From contig OZ037771.1 of assembly GCA_964035545.1 (NCBI GenBank), forward strand, positions 5,551,190 to 5,615,189: a stretch of DNA of 64,000 bases, read 5' to 3'. This DNA is from Bugula neritina (Eukaryota; Animalia; Bryozoa). Positions 1 through 12,591 of this stretch are shown one piece after another. Below the pieces are notes generated by a model. That model saw only the letters and a program-made list of their open reading frames with translations, had not been told where the DNA came from and made no database searches. The stretch's first letter is position 1. Each line of letters starts with the position of its first letter. The position numbers and the translations under genes are program-made.

Positions 1-2402
1 AGATTAGTTTACCAGGAAGCCTAGCAAAACTGCAGTGTAAATAAAATTGACAAGTGGATAAATAAAACATTCTTCACTACCTATTGGAAGAGTAGCTCAG
101 TAGCTGCTGTATATAATATTATGTTTGGTCAAAGTACAAGGAAAACCAGGTTGTTTATTGTTACAATGCCATGAAAATATCTAATCCAGCTTTCAATAGA
201 CCTGAATAATTGTGAATAAGTAGCAGAAATATGTTTAATATTGATAATACTTATAGTGAGAGTTTATTTCATGTAACTGTAACCACTAACTGCAGATAAG
301 CTTTAAAGCAGATGAAGCTTGTTACATAACAATGGAGCATCTACTTTATGCTTCTGGCAGTGTTGGGAATTCGCTTTTAGTAGTTATTCAGTCATTATTT
401 GCTACTAAAACATTTTAAAATAAAAATCCTAAAAAGGTTATCAAGATAAAACTTGAGTTGCCAGAATTGAAAGGAGTATTGAAAGAGGGCAGCTGAGTTT
501 ACTCACTTCCTTATTTAATAATAGATTTTGTGGGCTAACATCAATGAAAATAATCTATGTAGCCGCTAGTCTCATATTTAACTCAGTTGTTGTTGAAAAA
601 ATATAGAACAAGTTTTATACAAACTAAATATGTTTGAGTAACATTTTTTTAGTTGGAGTAAAACCAATATAGCAAGTTGTTTTATGCCATTTTTATAAAA
701 CATTAGTATGAATTATGGTAGTATTCATTCCCCCCAACCACTTCGCAAAGCCTGGTTTATAACGGACTCGAATTCTTTCAATGAAAGACAATATTGAGTA
801 GAATATATGAAATGTTATAGGGCTATATGACCTTAGAGCATATAAAATTAAACCATATAACACAGAGTTATAATTGTGTCCTGTTTGAGTTTTGCAAAAA
901 GCAATATTTTAAAACACACATTTGAAAGAAACAAATATAATATCTATCAAGTATAGCATGCTTTTATATTTTACTAAGGAACAAAGTTTTTAGCAAACTT
1001 GCATTAGAAATAACAGGATAAGCTAAAAACTTACGGATTGGTTTCTTGCCCTAGATTAGCTAGGCAGCTGGTTAGGTCAGCACTGGTACTGCTATCAGTT
1101 CATCACAAGATTTGAGCGCATGCTTAGGTTACCCTCTCTGTAGATCAGCTGGCAGGTTAGGTACCATGTGACCAATCAGGTGACACTGTAATACAATGTA
1201 AACGATATGAGTTATTCTATCTGAGCTTTTTCTGGTGGTGACAACTCCAAGTCAACCTTTCTTATAATAATACATAGCTATACAAAAATTAACTTGCTTT
1301 TTGTTGCAGTATATTTTACAAATTATACAACACAAATTAAAGTTAAATGCAAAAATCATTTATAGTTATCTTTTGAAAAACATATTTTCATAATTTTCTC
1401 TGGTTTGTAGTAAATAAAAAACAAATACTAGTAGGCTATATAGAAATGCAAATTTTTTCAAATGTTGCTATGATTTGACTAATATAGAAGTTTTCAAAAA
1501 ACAAGCTTGCACAATGGACACAATTTTCAATTATTTGAATATTTTAATTTCCGATTTAAAAGTGTCTATTTCTGAAAATTATTTTATTGTGAATAACTCT
1601 ATAAAAAGCAGTTTTTTGTTTTTATATTTATATAAAATAGTTACATTGTTATATTATACATATTATATAAGTGAAATAATGTTATGTCGTTTTTTGAAGC
1701 CTATAGCGTGCATTTTGATAATGCTTCTCCTTTGATGAAATCTGACAAGGTAGCTGGGTTATGCATGTAATACAACTTCCTAGACTGATATCATCATTAA
1801 TAGCATATATTGCAGAAGTTCATTTATGCTGAACTACATGTATATATATGAAATAATGAGTAAATTTGAAGAGCATAGTGAATTTTAGGTAGAACTAGTA
1901 GTAGAAAAAGTGATGTGAAGATTAAAGTATAGCTGCATGGTGAGTGAGTGAAGGACTCAGGAACATGGAATGTATAAAAATGGGCATATTTTGATGAACT
2001 CAAAAACAAATTTTGTGAAAAATTTCAACATCTCATTGCATAATTCAAAAACAGATGAAAGAAGCAAGTTTCCTATAATATAGTGGAGCTTTTCAGAAAT
2101 ATAAAAAGTTTAAATTGGAGTTACGGAAAGTCAAATTAAAATTGAGAAAACAATTGTACAATCCTAGTTTACATTATCTTATAGTAACCTCAAAAATATA
2201 ATGCACATTAATTGTTGATAATAACTAAATTTGAATTTATAGAGTTATGCAGCTATGTAATACAGAAAGATTGCTCCCGCTCTGCTTGCATTATTGCATC
2301 ACAATCCAATTCTCTATTTTAAACACTGATTGTATTGCATATAGTCCTTTCTAATATACTCTGTAAAGTTTCACACAGAAGCCGTATATACAGTTCTTAG
2401 AG

Positions 2403-4866
2403 ATGATATTGATAAACTCAGTACACATATCTGTATTGACTAACTTACTGCTGGTAAGAGTCAGCATAGGGCAAGAGTCGAGCTTCTCAGCAGATGGGAA
2501 GACATGCAGGCAAGCTTCAGACTGTGGTCTATATAGTGTTATTGTTACCTGCGATACGAGGCGTAGTGGCTGCATCACATACAGAGTAAGTTTCTTATAT
2601 TACTGAGTTTCATTATGTTATTAACTTATTAGAGCAAGGAGCCAATAGTTTAGTGATGGCTGCTTGACGCAACTTTTGTGCAGGTTTAAACATGCTGCAA
2701 GTACATAATGAAACAAAGAATGACATTTGCATTGATATGAGCTAAATGAGTGCCATTTATGCATATTGTATTTTAATTGTTTAGAAATTATAAGTTTAAA
2801 AGATAGAACACATATGCAAATTTAATGTTTAAATTAAAATGATGTTCTTAGAGTTAGCGTAATGTAGAAATCTACTAACAGTATTTTTGCTGAGTGCACT
2901 GATGTGCTGTATACCTGCAGTCTTTTTTGGCACAAAGTACTTGGAGTTATTAACTCTTGACTTGCTTTAACCCCAAACCTTTCCTTGTAAGGGTATATAA
3001 AACAAGATTTAATTTCTCTATAGGAACTATTGGTTATTTCATAAACTTCCAAATTACAGTCCTGACGAAACCTTTAGTTTCATTCTACTGTTACTATTGT
3101 TTGAAGAAGTAAATTACAGATCTTATTAGTTTATAGTAGTAATTTACAGACACATTATACAAAAAAGCTAAAATTTATGTTAGTAGTATAATAGTGGTTT
3201 GTTAGTGGTTACATAAACTGCAGCTTATTAAGATCTGGTCATATTTGCCCGAGGTAGTAATGGAGAAATTGAGAAAAGCTTGTGTTTTAGATTAGAAATG
3301 TAGCTTGAGAAGTTATGTTCTTACAGAAATTTCAACCTGAGCCCCAAACTAAATTTGTATAGAAAAATTAAAGAATTTGGGCTATCTCAATTTCTGCACT
3401 ACTGCTCAAACTTCATGTATAACAGCCCTTCCAAAAAGTTGATGACTGAAAAGTTTGTAATTTACTGATTTGTTAAATTTATTTTACCACATGCATGTTA
3501 AGTCAAACTGCAACTTATTTATTAAAGTGATCAACTATAAAAAATAAAAATATTATAGAGGTATATAATTACGCAGTAACATTCAAAAGGCAAGAAATTT
3601 GATTAAATTTGACAATAAATACAAACATTATATAAAGCCAAAAATTTATATCCTTTTAGCCTTTCTCAAAAAGAGTTTTATGTAAAATTTATGAGAATAT
3701 AAGTTTAAAATAAGAGCACATTTGAAGTCTAAGTTTGTAAAACATCTTGTGACAATTGCACAATGCAGTATCCAGTTCGATCAAACATCCTCTTTTTTGT
3801 ACGTTTGTGTAAATATAGAAAGTCGATTTTACAAACTGATTTTTACCAAGAGAGCAACCATGAGCAAACCAACCGCCAAACAATTGCAAACAAGCAGATA
3901 AATTAAAAAAAATAAGTTTTGTGTTAAAAAACACGACAAACTTACAAGAAACATCTTTAGAGAGTTGTGCTTTCCTTGCCAACAAATTGATCTCCACAAA
4001 AACACATCTTATAGACATACTAAATCTTTATAACTGCAACCTTCAAATCATTTCAGCAAACTGAAATCAAGTGTGATAATGATGAGGAGTGTAAGACAGC
4101 TACAAACGGGACAATAATGGATGACTACTCAGTGGTAGAAGAGGGAGAACAGTGGGCCAGCGTAGAGTGCAGCTCTAGACATACTTGTCAGTGCCGACAG
4201 TGGTTCGGGATTAGTCATCATGATCGAAACAGATGCATCAAAATTTTCAATGGTGTGCTAATTATAGTTTAATAGCTGATATGCTATTTTGAAAATATCA
4301 TTGTGTATATGAGCCAATAGTAGATATAGTTGCCTATAATATCTATGATAAATGCACAACTGAGCAGCTTAAAAACTTGCTATGCTATCGCCTTGAGTAG
4401 AACGCTCCATTAGCTTTCATCATGAGTTACTTATTCAACTTTATAATAAACAAGTAAAAATATGATAATTTTAGTTTTTGATAATTAGCAATACAAACAT
4501 AAAATAAATAATATCTATACGTAAACAAATTCTAATCTGACAAAACATAAATGAAGAAATATGATACGGCTTTTAAAAATATTGTGAAGATAAGTCACTA
4601 AAACAAACAACTATAATATATAAGTTTGAGTAATCAATCCACGACGGATGTTTAATAAATAAAACTTAATAATTATTTTAGTCGTGCCTGAGAAGATTGA
4701 AATACTAAGAAAAGAACTGCCACTTTACCAACAATACATGCCTGTAGCAGTAACCGGTCTCGCAGGCATTATTATAGGAAGTTTATTTGGCGCACTGTTG
4801 TATAAGATGTTGCTCTCAAAGAGAAAAGACAAACCCAGGAGCAAAACTACCAAACCGAAAACTTAA
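2403..4866 (+). CDS. Small type-I membrane protein with Cys-rich (EGF/EB-module-like) ectodomain, ~187 aa; exons 2403-2585, 4057-4252, 4682-4866
   Basis: GT/AG junctions are phase-consistent (0, 1). Hydrophobic N-terminus; Cys pattern CRQASDC..C..C and C-DNDEE-C...C-SSRHT-CQC...C; TM VAVTGLAGIIIGSLFGALLY followed by a basic tail; AATAAA at ~4899. Confidence 0.72.
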
Positions 4867-6383
4867 CTTATGAGCAATTAATGGTTTTACTTTTAGTGAA
4901 TAAAATGTATAAATTTGTCAGCAAAAGTGTATATATACTGTGTGTGCAATGTGCAGTGTGCAGGGTCCATTGTGCAGCGTGAAGCAAATGTGTGAGTAAA
5001 ACAAAAAAATATTAATTATGTAGTCTTGCGCTACTTGAAGCTGAAAATTAGTGTTCTATGAGTAAAAGTCACCATGATGAGATCACTGAGTTGTTAATAC
5101 AAAACATCATAATTTAAACTTAGTATATATAGTATTTTTTTGCATTGAATATATACATATGTATGCCACCTAAAGCTCTGCTTTAAACATATTGCTTAAG
5201 CTTACCATAATATTTTTAATGCAGAAAAACAAATGTATCACAGGAAACATAATACAGAACATATAAGTATAATCCAAATATTGATGGGCCATGTAGCAAA
5301 ATAGCCTTAATGCTTGTTAAACTTTTACTTGTTTTTAAGTTCTGTGAAAACACAAATAACCTGAAGTAACCTAGTCTAAACTATAAAATGCATTTTCATT
5401 ATAAGTAATTTTGCTGGGTTTAATACATATACCAAGAAATATAAAGCAATTGAATTTTTGTAGATATTACATAAAGTTATCAAAATATATATTTTATCAT
5501 GAAGAAGGCCTAACAGAGTTTATTTATAGCAACCAGTTTAGTGACATATATGTGATCATAAGCATGGATTGGAGATGGAAGTAGCTAACAAAATGCTAAA
5601 GTTTTATTAGTCTGTAACAGCTGGTTCTGTAACTAGCTCTTACAACTGTTTATATCTTAGCTAGAACGTTGAAGGAAATTTTAGAAAATCACAACAGAAA
5701 AATTTAATTCTTATTAAATTGGTGATAAATTTGAAGCAATGCATATATTATTTTGACTAAAATTTTACACAATCCATGTTTATGCTGGTTTAATACAGTA
5801 CAAAAATTACTATTATCGCAATATATAACCATAAATGAAAAATAAATTAATGCATTTGGTTTTTATAGTGTAAGCTGTTTGAACCATTAACTTATGGGCT
5901 CTGAAACTTTTTATACTTTTTGTGAAATTATAGCTGAAGTAACTCCAATAAGACAAGTAACTCAACTAAAGGGTTGAATGACTTTTGGTAATCTCATTGC
6001 TACCTAATTTTGAAATGTTAAAATATTTTCCAAACATACCAGACAAGCTGAAATAGTTTTTGATGTCTTTATTGCTCATATATATATGCTGGGCTGGAAC
6101 ATATCATGTATTCTAGGGCTGTTGTTTAAACTTCCAGTTATCTTAATACACTTCAGAGTATTATTTAACAAATATTACATTCTTGTTTATTAGACATTAT
6201 AATGTCATTTAACATGACATATCTTGCTGCATAGTTGGATTATTACTTAATAACAAAATCTTGGAGCATTGTTACAGTATTGTCTTACTGTATTCTACTA
6301 TTTCAACAATGACTGATGTTGCAAAGCTACAATAATTATCTTCAAAATTAAAATGCTGCCAAGAATGCTGTTGCAAGGAAATC

Positions 6384-8867
6384 ATGGTGAATGATGACCA
6401 GCACGTTTATGAGAATGACTGTAACACCAACTTCTCTGGACCTAGTCAGTCTCGTAAGAAGAAGAGACACAGCTCAACTCACTCGTCACGTAGTCATGGT
6501 TACAGTAGCAGTTACCACCCGCCATCGTTGCCTCATGGTGCTCAATCTTTCTCTTACCACCCTCTTCCTGGTAACATTGTTTCTTCACAAGTGGGGCCTA
6601 TGATATTTGTACCACAAGAAAATGAAACCAGCGCTGCAATAACTTGCTGGGATTATCTCATGTGGACGTTAGCCATCACAGCCTGCTTTTGCGGCCTTAT
6701 TCTTGGACTAATACCAATTGTATTGGCTGGTAAGGGTGCTTCGTGATGTTTACTCACATTTTATTATTTGTGACTAAGGTCAAGAAGTATTGTGATCATA
6801 TCTCCATGTATCTCCCCAATATATCTCCTTAGAGCAGGGGTGTCCAACCATTTCAGAGTGAGGGCCACTGCAATGGAATATTTCATGGCAAGGGCCACAT
6901 TGTAAAATGTAGGTTGATTTAGAAGGCACAGCATCAGCAATTTTCAGATAATTTTGCTCCATTTATTTCTTTGAGTTATCAATCACACAATAAAGTCTCA
7001 ATAATTGTTGCAGGCTGCATGCTTCTAGCATAATTATATAAACATGAGACATTTAAAAGATACCTTCTCACTCTAATTTATATGCATGTGCAAAATGATT
7101 TTATTTGTTTGTCCTTGAAGGATAAATAAATGAAGGCTGAGGCCACATTCAGCCCTGGCGCCACCTGTTGGACAGCCCTGCCCTAGACACACTTTTCCGT
7201 GAGGTCAACGGTACCGTCAATTGTCAGCCATTTTAAAAATGTCCGAGCTGATTGTACAAAATTACCGTACGTCAAGATCAAACACTGCTTGATTTAAAAA
7301 TTAGTCAGGCTCCTATGGGACAGAAAAACTCAGTGAATATAAATAATGTTCAATGAGGTGTCATAGATTTTTATATCTAACAGCGGACTTTAAGAACTTC
7401 AGCCCAGCCACGTTAAAAATGGCTGGCATTTGCTGTTACGGTCTGCGTTACGGCAAAGTGTGTCTATAGGGGAAGGAGATGTAAACCTAAATAATAGGTA
7501 GCTAAATAGTAAAGGGGTGCAACACAATATTACAGACAGCTGACTAATAAGCTATTAAGTATTAGTTAAAATATGTTTTAATGTTTACAGGCTAAAACCC
7601 ATGTGGAATATTTCAGAATGTATTTTATATTACAAAAACAATTTTTAATATGAAATGCAAATTTGAATTTTGTTGATGAGAAGACAAAAATTAATTACTG
7701 TAGCTGTCTACAAATTGAGTTTTAGAATAATTTCGACAAATATAAGTTATTTATTTATTATTTTCTCACTGGTAATGATTTCAAGCTATCAATATAAAAC
7801 CAGCAGATAAATAAATTAGGCTCAAAGTCGATGCAAAGTTTGAATTCTGTAGCTATATTTTCCAATCTTGATATCTAAGCAAAGTACGATTTTCCTAAAT
7901 TTAATTATATCACAGATAATTCATTAAAATGAGTAACACATTACATTTAAACAAGGCGGGAAAATTTTTATGTATGTATATGTTACATAGCGTAGAGTTG
8001 TACAAGAGCTGCCTTAATTGTTGTGAAAGTTAGACATGTTATATAATCTCGGTTACCAGGCTTATATGTCATGCAGCCATTACATATTTTATGAATTACT
8101 TCTCAATGATAAGTACATGTATGTATTAGCCATAATTATGATCATCCTTATAGATGTGCACATCATGCCACTCCACTGCATGCTTATACTGCTATATATA
8201 TGACAGGTTCATTGCTGTATGTAACCAATTACTTTTTGGGTCATTTTACTTAATTTAGTACACACTCGCAATCTCCAGTTTTTAGCTATTGCTCCTAATT
8301 TAGCTGCTAATATATATGAGTTTTTGCCTAAAACTAATAGCATATAAAAAAAATGCAACTAAATAGTCAAAGTTGTTTTTAATTTTGCTTAAATTCCCAT
8401 GTTTTTTCAAATTATTTAGCTAATTTGGATTTGCAGACCGTTAGGTTTTTTCGTAATGGTAACACATATTATATAATATCAAGTGCATATGACAATGACA
8501 TACATTAATGTTGGGGAATCCTCTCCCAGCCTTTTCTGTTATGCATAATTAGAACAAGCACATAAAAATACCACTATTAGTAAATTGCAATGGATTTTGA
8601 GCAAACTTTAATGTTAGGTCATAATTTGCTGGTGTGTACTAAATTAAGTAAACTGACTCTTTTTCCTACACATATGATATTGCAGCATAAATCCATTACA
8701 TAACTTATTTAAATAAATATAACTTTTTTGCAGCTCGTGCTAACAATGCAAGGAGAATAGTAGAACAGGATAGAAGAAAAAGAGTTGCTGTACTATCTGC
8801 AGTAATTGTTATAGTATTCTCTGCCACAGCTATAGTTTTAACAGTTATAGTGATTTACTTTTTATAA
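6384..8867 (+). CDS. CD225/dispanin (IFITM/PRRT1-like) membrane protein A, ~159 aa; exons 6384-6729, 8734-8867
   Basis: Ser/His/Pro-rich N-terminus, then DYLMWTLAITACFCGLILGLIPIVLA, a phase-1 intron (G|GTAAG ... TTTTTTGCAG|), a charged loop RANNARRIVEQDRRKR and a C-terminal TM. This is the typical two-hydrophobic-segment dispanin layout. Confidence 0.7.
6835..7180. mobile_element. Non-autonomous hAT-like MITE in intron of dispanin A
   Basis: 14-bp TIRs CAGGGGTGTCCAAC / GTTGGACAGCCCTG (1 mismatch); degenerate 8-bp TSD CCTTAGAG / CCCTAGAC. Confidence 0.7.
7184..7466. mobile_element. MITE with long imperfect inverted termini
   Basis: TAGACACACTT / AAGTGTGTCTA termini plus internal inverted CAGCCATTTT / AAAATGGCTG; related sequence at ~37630-37780 and ~51500-51650. 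Confidence 0.55.
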
Positions 8868-10218
8868 ACTATTTGAGCTTTTTTAAATTTTATTTAAAAA
8901 TAAAACCATTTCTTAAAACTTTTATCATGCATTTTGTTGTGATTGTCAAAAGATTATTTCGAACTTTAGATATTTACTCAGTAAACAGTCATAAAATTAA
9001 ACTACACATTTTCTTTAATTTTATTCTGTTTTAGAACAGCAGCGTTTAGAAAGTCAGATTCATTAGTATAACTTCCACGAAAATCTTTTGATGTTTATTG
9101 TAGTAAATTCATAGCAAAAGTGTTTAAACTAGATAAATTAGATACACTGACATTTTGCAATAACTTTTTTATTATATTTAATATAAAAATTATTATTCAA
9201 TAAATAGTTAAATAGTGTTAAAGTGACCCATAAATGTTTGTCACCTAAATTTCTAAAAGGGACTGTATTTGGTTGGCATAGACTATAGATGTGTTTTACC
9301 GTTCATATAGTACCCAGATTCGGATTCAGTAATATTAAGGTGTGTGTAGTTTGATAAATTTTAGAAAGCGGATGACTAGACTTTTGTTGCAGAATGCATT
9401 TAGTAATTCTCAACAAAGTCTTATGAATTTTTTCACTGTTTTTCTTTTTGTGAGTAGATTGAATTATGCTGTATACATCATCAATCAATAGTCAGTAAAT
9501 ACTTTTCGTAGTCCCAGCTCTTTAGTCATCTTAAACTGTAAAGTTTGAATTGACAACTCCTGGCAATTTCTTATACAATAGCAGCTCATTATCAAGGATA
9601 GAGTCTAATCACATTTATTGGTTGAATTGTGTCAGCATTTAAGCGTTGCTAGACATTGCCTTATGCTGTTTTATCTTTTGGGCTATTTTAATGTTTAGCA
9701 AGCTGCCAACTTTATTGTGTGGAGTTGATAAGAGGTTGGAAGTAAAACCTAGATGGTTTGTTATTGTTTATAGGTTGCAAAATTGATCACTAAATTTTTT
9801 ATTTTGAGACGCTCCATCATTTTTAAATTATTGGTAAAATGTGTTCTCCAAAATTTCAATTATATTTTAAATTTGATAAGTGGAAAGCAAGAAGTTGCTA
9901 GGATGCTGTAATAAAACAGGTTTGTGCTTTGATTAAAATAATAGGAACTAAGGTATCACGTACTGATTAACATGATGAAAAAGCAGAGAGCCAATAAAAA
10001 ACTGCTATATACATATATGCCTAAGTATATGCCTACATATATGTAGACATATATAAACTACTATATATTCGTCTACGTACTTGTACATACATAAGCACAA
10101 AGTGTAAACTTTTATTGTTTTATGCTCAACTTTTTAAAAATTCAATACCAAAAACTGTTACAGGCTTTGTTGCATTTTTGAAAGATTCTGCTTCTTGTAA
10201 CAATTGCAGGTTTTCAAT

Positions 10219-10228
10219 GGAATTTCCC
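10219..10228 (-). promoter_or_regulatory. Candidate NF-kB (Rel) site GGGAAATTCC upstream of dispanin B
   Basis: Exact match to the GGGRNWYYCC consensus, ~100 bp before a strong donor (AAG|GTAAG at 10330/10331) likely ending a 5'UTR exon. A single motif could be chance. Confidence 0.3.
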
Positions 10229-10467
10229 CTTCTATATAGACATAGAAGTTGTTCAGATAATATGCAAGGTTCATATATGTTGCAATATTTTGTTAACATG
10301 GATGTTCAAATAACTTGATTTCTATTTAAGGTAAGAACCTATACTATGCATATATACACTATCCATGGGTTTTTATTTAAAGTTTTATCCTATACCACAA
10401 GGGTATATCTTGCATCTAATCTTCTGCACGTTTTTTATTGCACTGTTCTTAAACTTAATATGAAGCA

Positions 10468-10610
10468 ACCATAGTCTAGAGGTTAAAGTGTTTGCCTAGT
10501 AAACACGATGTCATGGGTCCGAGCCATGACAAAGGCTATTGGTGATGTTAGGAAAAGCATCTAGTCATAATTGCTCCTGTGCTTAATTTAAATAAATCCT
10601 TAGCCCGATT
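10468..10610 (+). repeat. Degenerate tRNA-headed SINE-like repeat
   Basis: A-box-like TAGTCTAGAGG and B-box-like GGTCCGAGCC followed by a SINE-like core; heavily decayed. Confidence 0.35.
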
Positions 10611-10729
10611 TAACAAAAAAACTTTTAACATCAGAGGTTTTCTCACAGGAAGAGCGACTATAAACTTGCGTGAGTTTTTTTAACTTAATGGAAGAAATTA
10701 TATAACTACCAGTATAACAAATTATAGGT

Positions 10730-12591
10730 ATGAAGCAAGGCAGTTTTGCATCAGCAGCTGGTTCTGCAGAAAACTCAAACATTCCTTCCCATTCTCCCCA
10801 ATCACCAAACTCATTTGGAAATGCTCCACAACCACCATCGCAGTTTGGCTCACCACCACCACTATCCCAGTTTGGTTTTTCCCAACCACTATCCAACTTT
10901 GGATCGCTACCACCACTCTCTCAATTTGGATCGCCACCACCACTATCTAACTTTGGGACACCCCCACCACCGTCTCTTTATAGAGGATCACATGAACTAG
11001 CTTCTAACATAACAGCGCAGACACACTATGGAGTCCCAGTTTCTTTTACCTCGCCACCACCAGCATATGGTGCAGTTTCATCTCAACATCAATCTAACCC
11101 ACTATCATATAGTGCAACAGGTTTCTATGGCCCCACGTTTACACCAGCTGACCCTTCCATGCCAACAAATCGAAGGAGGCGAAAAGATTGTTGCGTAGCT
11201 AATGCAATGTGGCCATTAGCTCTGGTATCTTGTTTGTGTAACTGTATATTTGGACTAATACCAATGATATTAGCATGTAAGTATATTTATGCAAATTGTT
11301 TTACTGTACAGGTTTGTGCAAAATTCCCAGCTCGATTTGCTGTGACCTATTTCTATGTAACACCCTAGTATGTTTTATATTTGAAACTTTGAGATTTCTG
11401 TTCATATATATGAAGCTTTTTATCATTTAAGGATATATTTACGTGCTATTGACTTCAGTTTTTTACAAATAAACAAGAAGCAGTCTTTGTTTACTGATTT
11501 ATTTATATAAATAAATAAAATAAACTTATATAATTTCAAATACCATAATATGGTATCTGAAATTATATAATTATATATAATTATTATATATATTATATTA
11601 TATAACTATATATATATATTATATAATCATTATATATATATTATTGTATTCATTGTCAGAGTGAATATCTCATTATTTTTTATTATAACTGTTGAAATTC
11701 CTTAGCTTTTGTCTAATTATATTTTATCCATGCAAGTAATCTATATAGGGGTATTTTTGGTATTACAGACATTAATAGTTATGGCATAGATTTCTTGAAT
11801 ATAGCTTTTATTAAATGCTTTTAAATTGGTCATTGATAAATCTGTACTTTTGGGCACCTATCAAAAATTTTACTAACCAATTTCAATATTTCAACTATTA
11901 CTAATTTTGCTAGCCATCCCAGTCACCGCCATTAACGTGGTTCTTCTAAGTTGAAACAGATTATTAGTTTTCATTAAAAAATACTGTATAGTAAATAACT
12001 CATAAATTATAACTTGTTTCAGTTTATTAGTGGCTATTTCAGTATAGCCTTCATTTTTAAAAAGACCTATATATTCACTTGAAATTGACATGGGCCTACT
12101 TTATTCATTGTCTTTTTTCAAAACTTATAACAAAACAACTCATCAGGCAGTTATATAGTCACTTTTAAATATAAATATGAATAGATAAGAAAAATAAGTT
12201 GGAATACTTTTTAAAGGCATTTTTCTAGAAATAGCACAACTTAAAACCCATATAATCCTATACTTGAATGATTTTTTATTTTATAAATAATGCATATATT
12301 GGTTAGCATGTTGACTCCTGATAAAAAAACTAATGTTTTAATGTTTAGCTTATGTTGAACATTTTATTTTTTATAGTCCGTGCTACTGAAGAAAGGAATG
12401 AAGCTAGACGGCATAGTAAAAGAGTTGCAGCAGTAGTGTCCAGCATTGCCGTTATTATCTTGAATGTGATATCAGCAGTTATTCTCATAGCAACCTTCCC
12501 TTTAATCTTTGCTAATGCCAGTCCTTTTTTCTCCAGTGCCAAAGCTAGTTTGCCTGGCTTTTTTAATTCAACAATATTTTCAACGGAGTGA
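10730..12591 (+). CDS. CD225/dispanin-like proline-rich membrane protein B, ~253 aa; exons 10730-11276, 12377-12591
   Basis: Pro-rich N-terminus with SQFGSPPPL repeats, then MWPLALVSCLCNCIFGLIPMILA, a phase-1 intron at the same position as in paralog A, RATEERNEARRHSKRVAAVVSSIAVIILNVISAVILIA TM. Confidence 0.72.
10808..10972 (+). repeat. Coding 27-bp tandem repeat (~6 copies, S[QN]FG[ST]PPPL)
   Basis: Visible in both the DNA and the translation of ORF 10730-11368. Confidence 0.85.

Noticed and set aside
1475-2009. Short hydrophobic ORFs in AT-rich DNA (also 3689-4018, 12822-13046, 14114-14299, 17208-17432)
   Set aside because: Composition typical of random AT-rich frames; no motifs or splice support.
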